From NCBI GenBank assembly GCA_963829055.1, contig CAWHHI010000016.1, positions 992,001 through 1,056,000 on the forward strand: DNA of 64,000 nucleotides, given 5' to 3'. This document shows, in pieces, positions 21,145-31,877 of the stretch (positions within the stretch are counted from its first letter, which is position 1; every line of letters begins with the position of its first letter). The notes under the pieces are model-generated. The model did no database searches, had not been told where the DNA came from, and worked only from the letters and a program-made list of their open reading frames with translations. The DNA is from an uncultured Gemmatimonadaceae bacterium. GTDB taxonomy: Bacteria; Gemmatimonadota; Gemmatimonadetes; Gemmatimonadales; Gemmatimonadaceae. The translations under genes were made by a program, and so were the position numbers.

Positions 21145-22397
21145 TCTCGCTCGCTCGGGTGACGATTCGCGGCCGCGCCGTATGTCTCGCCGCATTGGCG
21201 ACCATCGGACTCGCGCCGTGCCTAACGTCGATCGCGGCCCAGGAGCAACTGTTCCCGGCCCGCACGGCACTGATCGGACCGGTGTTCGAGCGTTGGTCGT
21301 TCGGGGCCGGCTTGCTTCAGCCCTCCGTCGACGGGGGCGGAACGGTCGAGCTGCATAGCGCATCGGCGCTGTCGCTGCCGATCGGCGCGTCGGTCGCGTT
21401 CGGCGAGCGATGGACGCTGGATCTCGCCACGTCCTACTCGAGTGGAACTGTCAAACTACGCGCGCCGGATCCGTCGTCCGGCGCCGAGGAGTACTCGCTG
21501 TCCGGTCTCACCGACCTGCGCGCGAGACTCACGACACACGTCGTCAGCGACAACGTGTTGGTGACGGTCGGCGCCAACCTGCCGACGGGGCAGACATCGC
21601 TCGATGCCGAGCAGTACGCGGCGTTGCGCGTGCTCACGTCGCCGGCTCTCGCCCTGCAGTCTCCCGCGTTAGGCACCGGCCTCGGTGCCACGGCCGGCGT
21701 CGTGCTGGCACGTCAGGTGGCATCGTGGGCATGGGCCTTCGGTGCGTCGTACGAGCTCCGCCGCAGTTACACCCCTGTCGCGTTTGCGACGGGCACCCCG
21801 GCGCCGGATGAAAATCCGGGCGACGCGGTGCACCTCACGATCGGGACCGACGGTGTCGTCGGCCGGAGCGGGATGACGGTAGCGCTGACGGCCGACCTCT
21901 TCACTGACGATCGGCTCGAGCCCAACATCGGGGGAGAATCCGGTGGCGCAGGCAGTTCACCCGCAGTGTCCACGCGCCTCGGCCCGATCTTCACTGCCGA
22001 CTGGCAGCTGCGAGTCGCTGCGCCGCGGATGCGTGAGCTGACCCTCTACGCAATCGACCGTTACCGCACGCCGTACGATCGCAATGGCGCGCAAGTCGAG
22101 GAAAGCAGCGGCAACTATCTCGATGCCGGCGTGCGAGCCGTCTTTCCGCTCTCACCCGCGACAGGCCTGTTGTCAATTCTCAACGCGCGACATCAGACTG
22201 GTCTCAAATCCGACAGTACGCTGGCGACCGCCGCCACCGCGGGCGTTGGTCTCACGGTCGGACTCGCACACGCGTTCGGCGGCGGGTATTCGCTGCAGCC
22301 CTTCGTTCGCGCCGAGTATGCGACCATCAAGAGTGTCGACGCTTCGGCCCGCTCTAACGCGTTGGCAGCCGGTATCTCGTTAGGCCGGCGCTTCTAG
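21141..22397 (+). CDS. Putative outer-membrane beta-barrel protein
   Basis: Signal peptide, alternating amphipathic strands, GLTDLRAR...ANLPTG motif, terminal Phe (ISLGRRF). Confidence 0.7.
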   Translation: MISLARVTIRGRAVCLAALATIGLAPCLTSIAAQEQLFPARTALIGPVFERWSFGAGLLQPSVDGGGTVELHSASALSLPIGASVAFGERWTLDLATSYSSGTVKLRAPDPSSGAEEYSLSGLTDLRARLTTHVVSDNVLVTVGANLPTGQTSLDAEQYAALRVLTSPALALQSPALGTGLGATAGVVLARQVASWAWAFGASYELRRSYTPVAFATGTPAPDENPGDAVHLTIGTDGVVGRSGMTVALTADLFTDDRLEPNIGGESGGAGSSPAVSTRLGPIFTADWQLRVAAPRMRELTLYAIDRYRTPYDRNGAQVEESSGNYLDAGVRAVFPLSPATGLLSILNARHQTGLKSDSTLATAATAGVGLTVGLAHAFGGGYSLQPFVRAEYATIKSVDASARSNALAAGISLGRRF

Positions 22398-22422
22398 CGG
22401 CAGGTCACGACTCGCGGGAACG

Positions 22423-24265
22423 TCAGCGCCGATTCGCGCAGCCCAGCGCGGTGTCGGCGAGGAACCGCTCGACTCGGCCTTCGAACTCCGTTCCCCGCGA
22501 TCCCGACCGAACCTGCAGCAGGAGGCGGCACGCGTCAGCGGGGCGATCCAGGATGAGATTCGTCTCGATCGCGTAGTACGTGGCCTCGACGCTGTCCTGG
22601 CGAGCGACCAGCCGGGGTAGCAGGCGGCGAATGTCCTGCAGGATCGCGTCACCATTGCCAGCCGCTCCAACGGCATCCGGATCGGCGAGCGCGCTCTTCA
22701 CGCGATCGAGGTCGGCACGGGCGCGCCTGTTCTCTTCGAGGGCCGCGCTCGGGCGTTCGACGACGACACTTGGCTCACTCGACGTCGGTGCCGCCCGTTG
22801 GCCAGTCGTATCGGGCCTGCTGTTCGGCGTGGTGCCGCTGCTCGGTTTGATCGAGCTGTCCACAGCGGGCGCGCGCGCGACGCCCTTCCCGGTTGGCCGC
22901 GGTCGCGACGACGGGGTCGCGGCGGGTGAGGCGGAATCGTTAGGCGCCGTCGTCGATGGAGCGACCGTCATGACAGCACCATCGGGCGGGTTTCGGCGCT
23001 GCCACGCGAGGACGCCAGCGGCCGCGAGCACCACCGCACCGGCGGCAATGCCCCCTCCGACCCAGGATTTGCGCCGCGGCGGCGCAAGGTCGGCGCTCGC
23101 GACGCCGGCTGGCGGGGTGACCGGACTGCGTGAATCGGCCGCGGGCGGGACACGTGCTGGGATCGCGCCCGCAGGCACGGGCGGCACCTCGACGGGTCGC
23201 GTGGACGCCATCGAACTGGCTGCCGTGGCCACCGCCTGTGACAGTGGTCCCGGCGCGTCACCCACGACGGCGAACGACCACGACGGCGTGGGGAGACCGA
23301 ACGCACGAAGGAGCGCTGCCGCAAACTCCATCGCTGAGGGTGTGCGATCGTCCGCGTCCATGGCCAGCGCATGATCGAGCGCCGCCTGAGCAGCGGCCGG
23401 CCATGCGATGTCGGGGCTCACCTGCTCCAGCGTCAGCGGTCTGTTGGTCAGGCGCTGCAGCGCCCACTGAATGCTGGACTCATCGTTAGGCGACGCGCTC
23501 GCGAATGGCATCCGCCCCGTGAGCATCTGGAATGCGATCATCCCCAAGGCGTAGATGTCGCTCCTGACGTCGACGACGCCGCCGGTCAGCTGCTCCGGAC
23601 TCATGTAGCGTGGCGTGCCTACGACGAGCCCCGGCGTCGTCAGCAGTTGGGTCTCTCGCTTGATCGGCCTTCGCGATCCCGAAGTCGACGACCTTCACCC
23701 AATCACTGCCGTCGCGCGTCGCCTTCAGCAGGATGTTGTCCGGCTTGAGGTCGCGGTGGACCACCGGCTCCGCGAGCTCGTGCGCCGCGGTGAGCCCGGC
23801 GGCGATCTGGCGAACGATCTCGACGGCGCGAACCGGTGGCACGAGCCTGTCCCGCTCGAGGCGGCGGCCGAGCGTTTCGCCCTCGATGAACTCCATTGCG
23901 AGGAACACCAGACCGTCGGACGTCTCGCCGAAATCGTAGACGGCGGCGACGTTCGGGTGATCGCCTACGCTGGCGGCGTTCCGCGCTTCGCGATTGAACG
24001 CGGCGACGGCGTAGGGATCCGCGATGAGCGCGCGCCGAAGGACCTTGATCGCCGCCTCACGCGGTACTCGGACGTGGCGCGCCCGGTAGACGCGCCCCAT
24101 CCCGCCTTCCCCGATGATCGCTTCGACGCGATAGCGGTCCGCTATGACGGTCCCGACGAGGTTGTCCGCCTCCGCGCCGGTCGACCGCAGCGGAGCGCCG
24201 TCGGCCGCGCAGAAATAATCGTCGTCACCGTAGGTGAGCTCGCAGCTCGGACAGACCTTGGCCAT
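22423..24265 (-). CDS. Membrane Ser/Thr protein kinase (Hanks type) with N-terminal Cys knuckle (indel near 23650)
   Basis: [62 protein letters not shown] helix then Pro-rich extracytoplasmic region. Confidence 0.92.
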
Positions 24266-24277
24266 CCGGATCGCCGA

Positions 24278-25070
24278 CTACGAACCGCTCGACAGCTCGC
24301 GCACCTTCTGCTCGGCACGGCGACGCTGCGAGGCGAGGATCGTACTCGGAGACTTGTCCAGAAAATCCTTGTACAGCGCGACCGCCTCGGCCGGCTGTTT
24401 CTTGTCGTTCGCGTCCTCGGCTCGCGCATAGCGGATCAGGTCACGCCACCGCCCCGGCTTGGTCGCTTCCGGGTTGCACCGCCGGCCGCGCCACACCACC
24501 CGGCATGGGAGGCAGCTTGAGGCCTTTATTCAGCTTGTCTGCCAGGCTCGTGAGGATCGCCAGCAGATTGTCGGCCTTGTCGGTGACGGTCTCGACGTGC
24601 TCGATCTCCGACGTCTCGACGTTCACCGATCGCGCATCGAGACGCATCTGGCCCTTGGAGTCGATAATGAAGCCGCCGAAAATCATGTGATGCGCGCCCA
24701 CGAGCTTGCCGAGCTTCACCGCGGTCTCCTTGTCGACCCGGCCCGAGGCGCCAAGGTTCTGTTCGTCGAGCAGCTGCTGCACCCGATCGCGCTCGACGAC
24801 GCGTAGCGCCGGATTGGCGGCGAGCTCCGTGATGAGCACGTCGGCGATGCCCTTTCCGAGCGCGTCGTACTCGGCGTGATTCGTCACCGCGCCGTTGGTG
24901 AAATAGGGCATGATGGCGACTGTCGCGCGCTGGTCAGCCGGAGCCGCTTGTCCCGCGAGCCGGCGACCGGGAAGAGAGATAGACAGGCACAACAGCGAAC
25001 CCGTCGCGGTCAGGAGGGCGACGCGCCTGACGGTGGATCCTCGGAGAGCAACTGGTCTGGTGGAGAACAT
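24278..25070 (-). CDS. Secreted CsgG/HfaB-like protein with C-terminal TPR-like helices (indel near 24465)
   Basis: Signal peptide; VAIMPYF, GIADVLITEL, VVERDRVQQLLDEQNL, TAVKLGKLVGAHHMIFG, RLDARSVNVETSEI. Confidence 0.8.
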
Positions 25071-25308
25071 GGCTCGCATACGCTTCCTGGAGTTGGGTCC
25101 GTCGCCTGGTGGGTCTTGATGAGTCTGCGCGAGCCACGATAGTAGACGTAGTACACCACCCCAGCAATACGATCGATCGCTGGAAACGCCCGCTTGCCGC
25201 CGAATGTGTCGCCGTGTTGCTCGCGGCGCGTAGCGTCCTGAAACCGGCTCGGTTAGGTTATGGGGCTCCCGACCCCACCCGCGACCACCGGTCCGCGCGC
25301 GGTCGGAA

Positions 25309-25337
25309 TTGACTATCTCGTTAGCTCCTCTTACGAT
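25309..25337 (+). promoter_or_regulatory. Sigma70-type promoter for prs
   Basis: TTGACT (25309-14), 17-nt spacer, TACGAT (25332-37), 14 nt before the ATG. Confidence 0.7.
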
Positions 25338-25351
25338 ACAAGGCTGCGGCA

Positions 25352-26308
25352 ATGGACGGCTTGTCCGTACCGAGGCACGGATTCAAGCTGCTGTCGGGCA
25401 CCGCCAACCGGGCGCTCGCGGAGGAGATCGCAGGACAGCTCGGCGTCGAACTCTGCCGGGTCACGTGCAGTCGATTCGCCGACGGCGAGATCTTCGTCCG
25501 CATCGACGAGAACGTCCGCGGCAACGACGTCTTCATCGTGCAGCCGACGAATCCACCGGCCGACAACATGATGGAGCTGTTGCTCCTGATCGACGCGGCC
25601 CGGCGTGCGTCGGCGGCGCGGATCACGTGCGTGATGCCGTACTACGGGTACTCGCGCCAGGATCGCAAGGATCAGCCGCGCGTCGCGATCGGCGCGAAGC
25701 TGCTGGCGAACATGATCGAGACCGCGGGCGCCGATCGCGTGCTCGGCGTCGATTTTCACCAGCACCAGCTGCAGGGGTTCTTCGACGTTCCGGTCGATCA
25801 CCTGTACGCGATGCCGGTGTTCACGTCGCACTATCGGAAGAAGCAGTTGAAGGACCCCGTCGTCGTCGCGCCGGACGTCGGGTCGGCGAAGATGGCGCGC
25901 GGGTTCGCGAAACGGCTCAACGCGACGCTGGCGATCATCGACAAGCGCCGACCGACGCGCGAACGTGGCCGAAGTGGTGAACGTCGTCGGTGATGTCGAA
26001 GGACGCGACTGTCTCCTCGCCGACGACATGATCGATACCGCGGGTACGGTCACCGAGGCCGCGCGCGCGCTGCAAGAAGCTGGGCGCGAAGGACATTTAC
26101 GTCTGCGCCACGCACGCGCTGCTCTCCGGCCCGGCCGTCGAGCGCTTGAGCGCGGCACCGATCAACGAGGTCGCGGTCACCGACACGATCGCGATTCCGC
26201 GAAGAACGGCGCTTCCGACGCGCTGACGTGCTGTCGGTCGGCGAGCTGCTCGCGAAGGCGATTCGGTTCACGCACAGCGAGCAGACGGTGAGCTCGCTGT
26301 TCGACTGA
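25352..26308 (+). CDS. prs: Ribose-phosphate pyrophosphokinase (several indels after about 25950)
   Basis: [45 protein letters not shown]-terminal TVSSLFD*. Confidence 0.95.
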
Positions 26309-26413
26309 GCGTCGTAGGACTCGGTTCGACCTCAAGGTCGAGGACGCAGCCTCTCGAGCGCGGCGTTGCCGAACACGTTAGCACGCGACAGTTCCGCACG
26401 GTTATCCCGTACA

Positions 26414-27077
26414 ATGGCAACCGCATCAACTCTCCGCAGTCTCGCGCAGCACGAGCCGGCAAGGGCGTCGCGCGCAAGCTTCGCAGCGCCGGTCAGATTC
26501 CGGCCGTCATCTACGGCCACGCTCGCGAGCCGCAGTCGCTCGCCGTCACCGACGCGCGAGCTCGAGAAGCTGCTCGAGCGCAGTCTCCGCCGAGAGCACC
26601 GTCATCGAGCTCACGCGTCGACGGCGGACGTCGCGCGCACGCTGATCCGCGAGATCCAGCGCCACCCGTTCAAGAAGCAGATCCTGCACATCGACTTCCA
26701 GGAGCTCGTCGCCGGCGAGAAGGTCACCGTCAACATCCCGCTCGTGCTCATCGGCGTGCCGGACGGCGTCCGCGTCTCTGGCGGCATCCTCGAGCAGATG
26801 ATGCACGAGCTCACATCCGCGTCGATCCGGTCGAACATTCCGCGACCACATCGACGTCGACGTCACGCACGCTGACGATCGGACACTCGCATCCACGTCC
26901 GCGATCTGAAGGCTCCCGAGGGCGTCGAGATCCTGGACGACGCCGACGCCACGGTCTGCGTCGTGTCCGCGCCGAAGGTCGAGGCCGAGGCACGCGACGG
27001 CGGAAGCCGCGACGACCGGGGCCGAGCCGGAGCTCATTCGCAAGACGAAGGAGGAGGAAGAGGCCGAGTCGAAGTAG
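26414..27077 (+). CDS. rplY: 50S ribosomal protein L25/Ctc (multiple indels)
   Basis: GKGVARKLRSAGQIPAVIYGH, LIREIQRHPFKKQILHIDFQEL, GVRVSGGILEQ, EPELIRKTKEEE. Confidence 0.9.
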
Positions 27078-27129
27078 GTCGTGCGAGTTCCGTCGACTCG
27101 GCGCGTCGTCCTCACGCGACGACGAGCCG

Positions 27130-27727
27130 ATGAAGGTCATCCTTGGACTGGGCAATCCCGGGCAACGAATACGAGCACACGCGTCACAACGTCGGCTGGT
27201 GGGTTCGTCGACCACCTCGCCGACGTTTGGCGTTTCGACGGCTGGCGGACGGACGGCGAGACGCGCTGTCGCGAGCGGGCACGTTCGCGAATCAGGCGGT
27301 GCGGCTCGTGAAGCCGCTGACGTACATGAACCTGAGCGGGCAGGCGCTGCGTCCGTACCTGCGTCGTCCGTTCTGGTCGGCGGCGACGGATCTGATGGTC
27401 GTCGTCGACGAGGTGGCGATCCCGCTCGGTACGTATCGCTTTCGCGCCCACGGGAGCGCCGGCGGCCACAACGGCCTCAAGGAGCATCGAGCGCACGTTA
27501 GGCACGCAGGAGTACCCGCGGCTGCGCATCGGCATCGCCGCCGGACGATCCGCGCGCGTCGGCGACCTCGCGGACTTCGTGCTCGTCGCCATTCTCGAGC
27601 GACGAGAGGCCGGTCGTCCTGCGAGCTGCTGCCACGGCTCCAGGACGCGCTCGAGATCTGGCTGCGCGACGGCATCATCCAGGCGATGAACATCCACAAC
27701 GGCGACGGCAAGGCGAAGCCGGCGTAG
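27130..27727 (+). CDS. pth: Peptidyl-tRNA hydrolase (multiple indels)
   Basis: [46 protein letters not shown]. Confidence 0.93.
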
Positions 27728-27747
27728 GCATTCATCTTTCGCACCTC

Positions 27748-28854
27748 ATGCTCAAACTCGGAATCGTCGGACTGCCGAACGTCGGCAAGTCGACGCTGTT
27801 CAACGCGCTCACGTCCGCCGAAGTGCCACGCGGCGAACTATCCGTTCGCACGATCGAGCCGAACGTCGGCCGGTCGAACGTGCCCGATCCGCGACTCGAC
27901 GAGCTCGCGCGAGATCGTGCAGCCGAAGCGCACCGTGCCGGCCGTCGTGCGAGTTCGTCGACATCGCCGGCCTCGTCAAAGGCGCGTCGCAGGGCGAAGG
28001 ACTCGGCAACCAGTTCCTCGCGAACATCCGCGAGACCGACGCGATCGTGCACGTCGTGCGCTGCTTCGACGACGACGACGTCACTGCACGTCATGGGCGC
28101 CGTCGATCCGGTGCGCGATCGCGAGGTGATCGAGTTCGAGCTCGCGCTCGCCGATCTCTCGGCCGTCGAGAAGCGTCTCGACCGCGCGAAGCGCTCGGCG
28201 AAGACCGGCGACAAGGAAGCGCTCGCCGAGCTGCCGGTGCTCGAGAAGGCGCAATGCGTTTCTCAGCGAGGGCAAGGGCCTGTGGGAGGCGAAGCTGTCG
28301 CCCGAGGAGCTCGCGACGCTCGCGCCGCTCTCGCTGCTGACCGCTCAAGCCGATCCTCTACGCGGCGAACGTCACCGATGCGGAGCTGTCCGGCGCGGAA
28401 GGCACACACGTCAAGGCGCTTCGCGCGGCGATCGCCGCGAGCGGCGAGCACGCGGAGGTCGTTCCCTTCTCCGCCAAGATCGAAGCGGAGCTGGCCGAGC
28501 TGCCGCCGGAGGATCGGGCGGAGTTTCTCGCGTCGCTCGGCCTCGAGTCGGCCGGTCTCGATCGGCTCATTCGCGCCGGCTACCACCTGCTCGGACTGCA
28601 GACGTACTTCACGGCCGGCGAGCAGGAAGTCCGCGCGTGGACGATTCATCGCGGCGACACCGCGCCGCAGGCAGCGGGCGTGATTCACACCGATTTCGAG
28701 CGCGGCTTCATTCGCGCCGAGACGGTGGGCTACGATGAGTTCGTCGCGAACGGCGGCTGGAAAGGCGCGAAGGAAAAGGGCGTCGTCCGGTCGGAAGGCA
28801 AGGAGTACGTCGTGCAGGACGGCGACGTGCATGCTGTTCCGCTTCAACGTTTAG
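27748..28854 (+). CDS. ychF: Ribosome-binding ATPase YchF (multiple indels)
   Basis: [72 protein letters not shown]. Confidence 0.95.
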
Positions 28855-29111
28855 CGGGATGCCGAATTCGGTTACGCCGCCGGACCGCTGTGACGAACCC
28901 GGTGTCTGCGCTGCGACAACGATCTGCGTTGCCAGGATTCTTGATACCATTCGCGGCTACGTCACAAGCGCTGAAACGACGCGCTGACGAAGTCCGTCAA
29001 CGCGATCGACCAGGTCTGGGACGGCATTGAGTGTGGCCCGCTCGTGACCCGTCTCCGTCGCTGGGCGCCAACGGATGTGCGCGACGCCCACCGCTCCATG
29101 CTCAGGCAGCG

Positions 29112-29765
29112 CTACTTGTTCGGAAACTGCTTGATGATTCCCTCCGAGAACATGTCCGCCAGTTTCAGCGACTGTGCCAGGATCGTGTCGAACGTCTCGA
29201 CATCGGCGTTGTAGTCCCGCTTAAGGCGCGCGTTGGTCTCCGCTATCGTGAGGTTCATGCCCCCGACCAACACGGGCTGAATGGTTGCCATCGGCCAGTT
29301 GGTCGGATTGACCGTGCTGAGAAGCGTCGTTATCGAGTCTGCGTTCGCGCGCCACCGCTTGTCCGCTTCCGTGCGCTTTGCCGTATCCTTCGCCATCGAG
29401 GCCTCTATCATTTCCTTCATGAGGCTCGTGTGTTGCCTGAGGAGGGTAGTGACCTTCGATCCGGTTTCCGCGCCGTAGAACGGCGCAAATGCGCGGCCGA
29501 TGTCATCCTGGCTCTTTGCCAGGCGCTTCGAGGCCGCGTCGAGACTCTGGTCTACCTCGATCGTGTTGACGATGTATTCGCGCATCCAGATGGCGTTGCT
29601 CACCCAGAGTTTGCGCATCGCCACCCTCAGTTCATTGGCGTTGATGGGATCCGGACGCGCGACATCACCCTTTGACGTGGTCGGGACCTGCGCGTCTGTC
29701 CTCGAGGCGAAGGTGGCGACGGCGATCGTCAGCAGCAGCGCCGCGGCTCGTGCAGAATACGGCAT
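29112..29765 (-). CDS. Secreted all-helical protein (family often mislabelled 'acetylglutamate kinase' or 'glycosyltransferase')
   Basis: GGAGG RBS, signal peptide; LRVAMRKLW..., RLAKSQDDIG..FAPFYG, WRANADSI, MFSEGIIKQFP. Confidence 0.75.
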   Translation of the reverse strand: MPYSARAAALLLTIAVATFASRTDAQVPTTSKGDVARPDPINANELRVAMRKLWVSNAIWMREYIVNTIEVDQSLDAASKRLAKSQDDIGRAFAPFYGAETGSKVTTLLRQHTSLMKEMIEASMAKDTAKRTEADKRWRANADSITTLLSTVNPTNWPMATIQPVLVGGMNLTIAETNARLKRDYNADVETFDTILAQSLKLADMFSEGIIKQFPNK

Positions 29766-30059
29766 ACTTCCTCCCGTTCTGGCCATTGGAGCGTGGGCAT
29801 CACGGTCCGGCGGCATCGCCACACAGGCCGGTGCAGCGTGGCCAGACCGATTCAGGGTTTCTCGTTGGTGCCCCGCAGCGGGCGAATACCGTGTACATAA
29901 TTGGCGCTTCGCTCGCGCAGCATACGTTGGACCATGGTATAACGTCACGCTGCAACCTCGGTGTTCCCGTCGCGTCGCTGTGCGTCCTGAAGGGCCGGTA
30001 CGACGTTCGCCGACTCCGCGAATACCGCAAGAGTGCGGTCTACCTGTGCGGCCACGGCT

Positions 30060-30265
30060 CGCGAAGGCGGAAACACTCGCCAGGCTGCCGAAATTGGCGC
30101 GTGGCGGCTTCCATCCCTTCCGGCGGCTCTGGGCCTCGGAGCGCCGCCATTTGCCCGCCCAAGACGTCGCCGCGGCCGGCGGCTGGCGGTCGCTCGAGGT
30201 GATGCGGCACGCATATCAGCACGCCGATGCCGCGGGTATGATGTCAGTCGTGGAATCGCCGCGAA
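30060..30265 (+). pseudogene. Tyrosine recombinase/integrase C-terminal remnant
   Basis: GGFHPFRRLWASERRHLPAQDVAAAGGWRSLEVMRHAYQHAD gives H-x-x-R ... GW ... catalytic Y; no N-terminal part recognisable. Confidence 0.75.
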
Positions 30266-31042
30266 CGGCGCCCGATCCCGAATCGTCGGTCGTCGAGCCG
30301 GACAAGGTAGCTCAGCGAGGGCTGGCATTGAAGTGCACTGTATGCGAGACGGCACCGAGCCAGAGACCTAACGCCGGGGAAACACGCAGCATCGGCATGG
30401 AAATCGGGTCGACAGGAGTCTGCATCGCGCTGGGCATCGCGTTCATGCTTGTGGGCGTCTACTTCCTCGCAGTGGCGCCGCTGGATTACTAACGCGTTAG
30501 GCAATCGCCTCACGTTCGCTTCAACGTTTGACGGTTGGCGATACTCGGGGCAGGACACGAACCGGCTCGCGCCTCCCGCCAACGTCCATGCTGGCCCGCT
30601 CGCACGTCCCAGATCGAGCTCGGTCGCCAACTGGGCGCTTGCACTGATCGGCGTCGCCGGCTTCTGGAGCACGTGGTCGTTCTGGGCAGCGACCGTTCTC
30701 GCGTTCTCGACGTTCTACTGGGGCTGCGCTCTCCTGCACTGGCGCGGCTCCTGCGTTCGGCCAACACCGCCCCGGACGCGCGGGTTCATGCTCTGGTGGG
30801 ACACCCTCTTTCCGCCCGCGTTGCTGGGGCTTCTCTGGTTGTCGCGGTGAGGTTGGCCCCAGACGCTGGGAAGTCCGGAGATCTGCCACAATCCGCACTG
30901 CGCCTAACGGATCTCGCGCGATTCCGGGTGCTCCTCGCGCGAGAGCTCCGCGGCACCACATCGCTGCTGGTACTTGCGCGGGAGGCGCGTCCGGCACATG
31001 TGGACCGCGACACGGATCCAACCGAGTCACGAATGACGGCCA

Positions 31043-31347
31043 GTGGCTGACCACAGCGAGATCGCGCGCATTGAAGCGGCGGAGCGCGACCTGATCGCCG
31101 CGCCTAACGCCGTGGCGGCAGGACTAGCCGACGCAATCCGCGATCTGCTTGCGCGGATCGAGCAGGCCACGCCGGGAGGTGCCCCCCTGCACGCCCAGCT
31201 CGACGCGACCCGCAAGTGGCTCGCCGTACTCGAGCGGCCCGCTGACCACGACCGGTTCGGTGGATCGGCGCATATCCGCGACTACTGGTCACCCAGCTTC
31301 GCCTCACGCGCGGCGCCGTCGAGGACTACGCCCGCGAAATGCCGTAA
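31043..31347 (+). CDS. Small hypothetical helical protein (probable indel near 31285)
   Basis: GTG-start ORF MADHSEIARIEAAERDL...; an alternative frame continues VTQLRLTRGAVEDYAREMP*. Confidence 0.5.
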
Positions 31348-31446
31348 AAGCTGCGCTCCGGACCGGCAACCCCATTGTCCCGGACGCCCCGAAACCATTA
31401 AGTTGCAAGGCTTTTCACAACGGGCCCCGCTTCTGGCGGCCCTTCA

Positions 31447-31500
31447 TTCCCCTCCCCCTGCCTAGGCAACCGACGGGGGGCGGTCACGACCAAAGGGAGG
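31447..31500 (+). promoter_or_regulatory. Putative S6:S18-binding rpsF leader RNA
   Basis: TTCCC can pair with the SD GGGAG; inner stem CCCCCTG/CGGGGGG; ACC just before the SD. This matches the known rpsF leader layout. Confidence 0.55.
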
Positions 31501-31511
31501 ATTGCCGACAC

Positions 31512-31874
31512 GTGTCTCGAGAATACGAGGCGGTGTACATCTTCGATTCGACGCTCGAAGATGCCGCCATCAACGACAAGCTGACCCGTTTCCACGGGCT
31601 GCTTCACGTCAACGGTGAGATCAAGGCCGACCACTGGGGTCGCCGCCAGCTCGCCTACCCGATCGGCCCGCGCGAGAACGGGTATTACGTCGTCGCGCGC
31701 TTCAACACCGATCCCAAGACGCTGCCCGAGTACGAGCGCGCGCTCAAGCTCGACGACGGGATCGTACGCTACCTCGTCACGCTCCACGAGCACGAGGTCG
31801 GTGCGCCGCCGATGTCCGAAGAAGAGATGCTCGCTGCACGTCGCCGCGACGAAGACGATGAGGACGAGGACTAG
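31512..31874 (+). CDS. rpsF: 30S ribosomal protein S6
   Basis: REYEAVYIF, WGRRQLAYPI, GYY, acidic tail. Confidence 0.97.
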   Translation: MSREYEAVYIFDSTLEDAAINDKLTRFHGLLHVNGEIKADHWGRRQLAYPIGPRENGYYVVARFNTDPKTLPEYERALKLDDGIVRYLVTLHEHEVGAPPMSEEEMLAARRRDEDDEDED

Positions 31875-31877
31875 ACC

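Larger units (their letters stand above)
28836..30534. mobile_element. Decayed genomic island at the ychF 3' end
   Basis: Direct repeat CGCTTCAACGTTT at 28840-28852 (ychF end) and 30517-30529; integrase remnant inside. Confidence 0.6.

Noticed and set aside
30270..31040. Short ORFs with hydrophobic stretches around the right att-like site
   Set aside because: No recognisable family and conflicting overlapping frames; cannot support a gene call.
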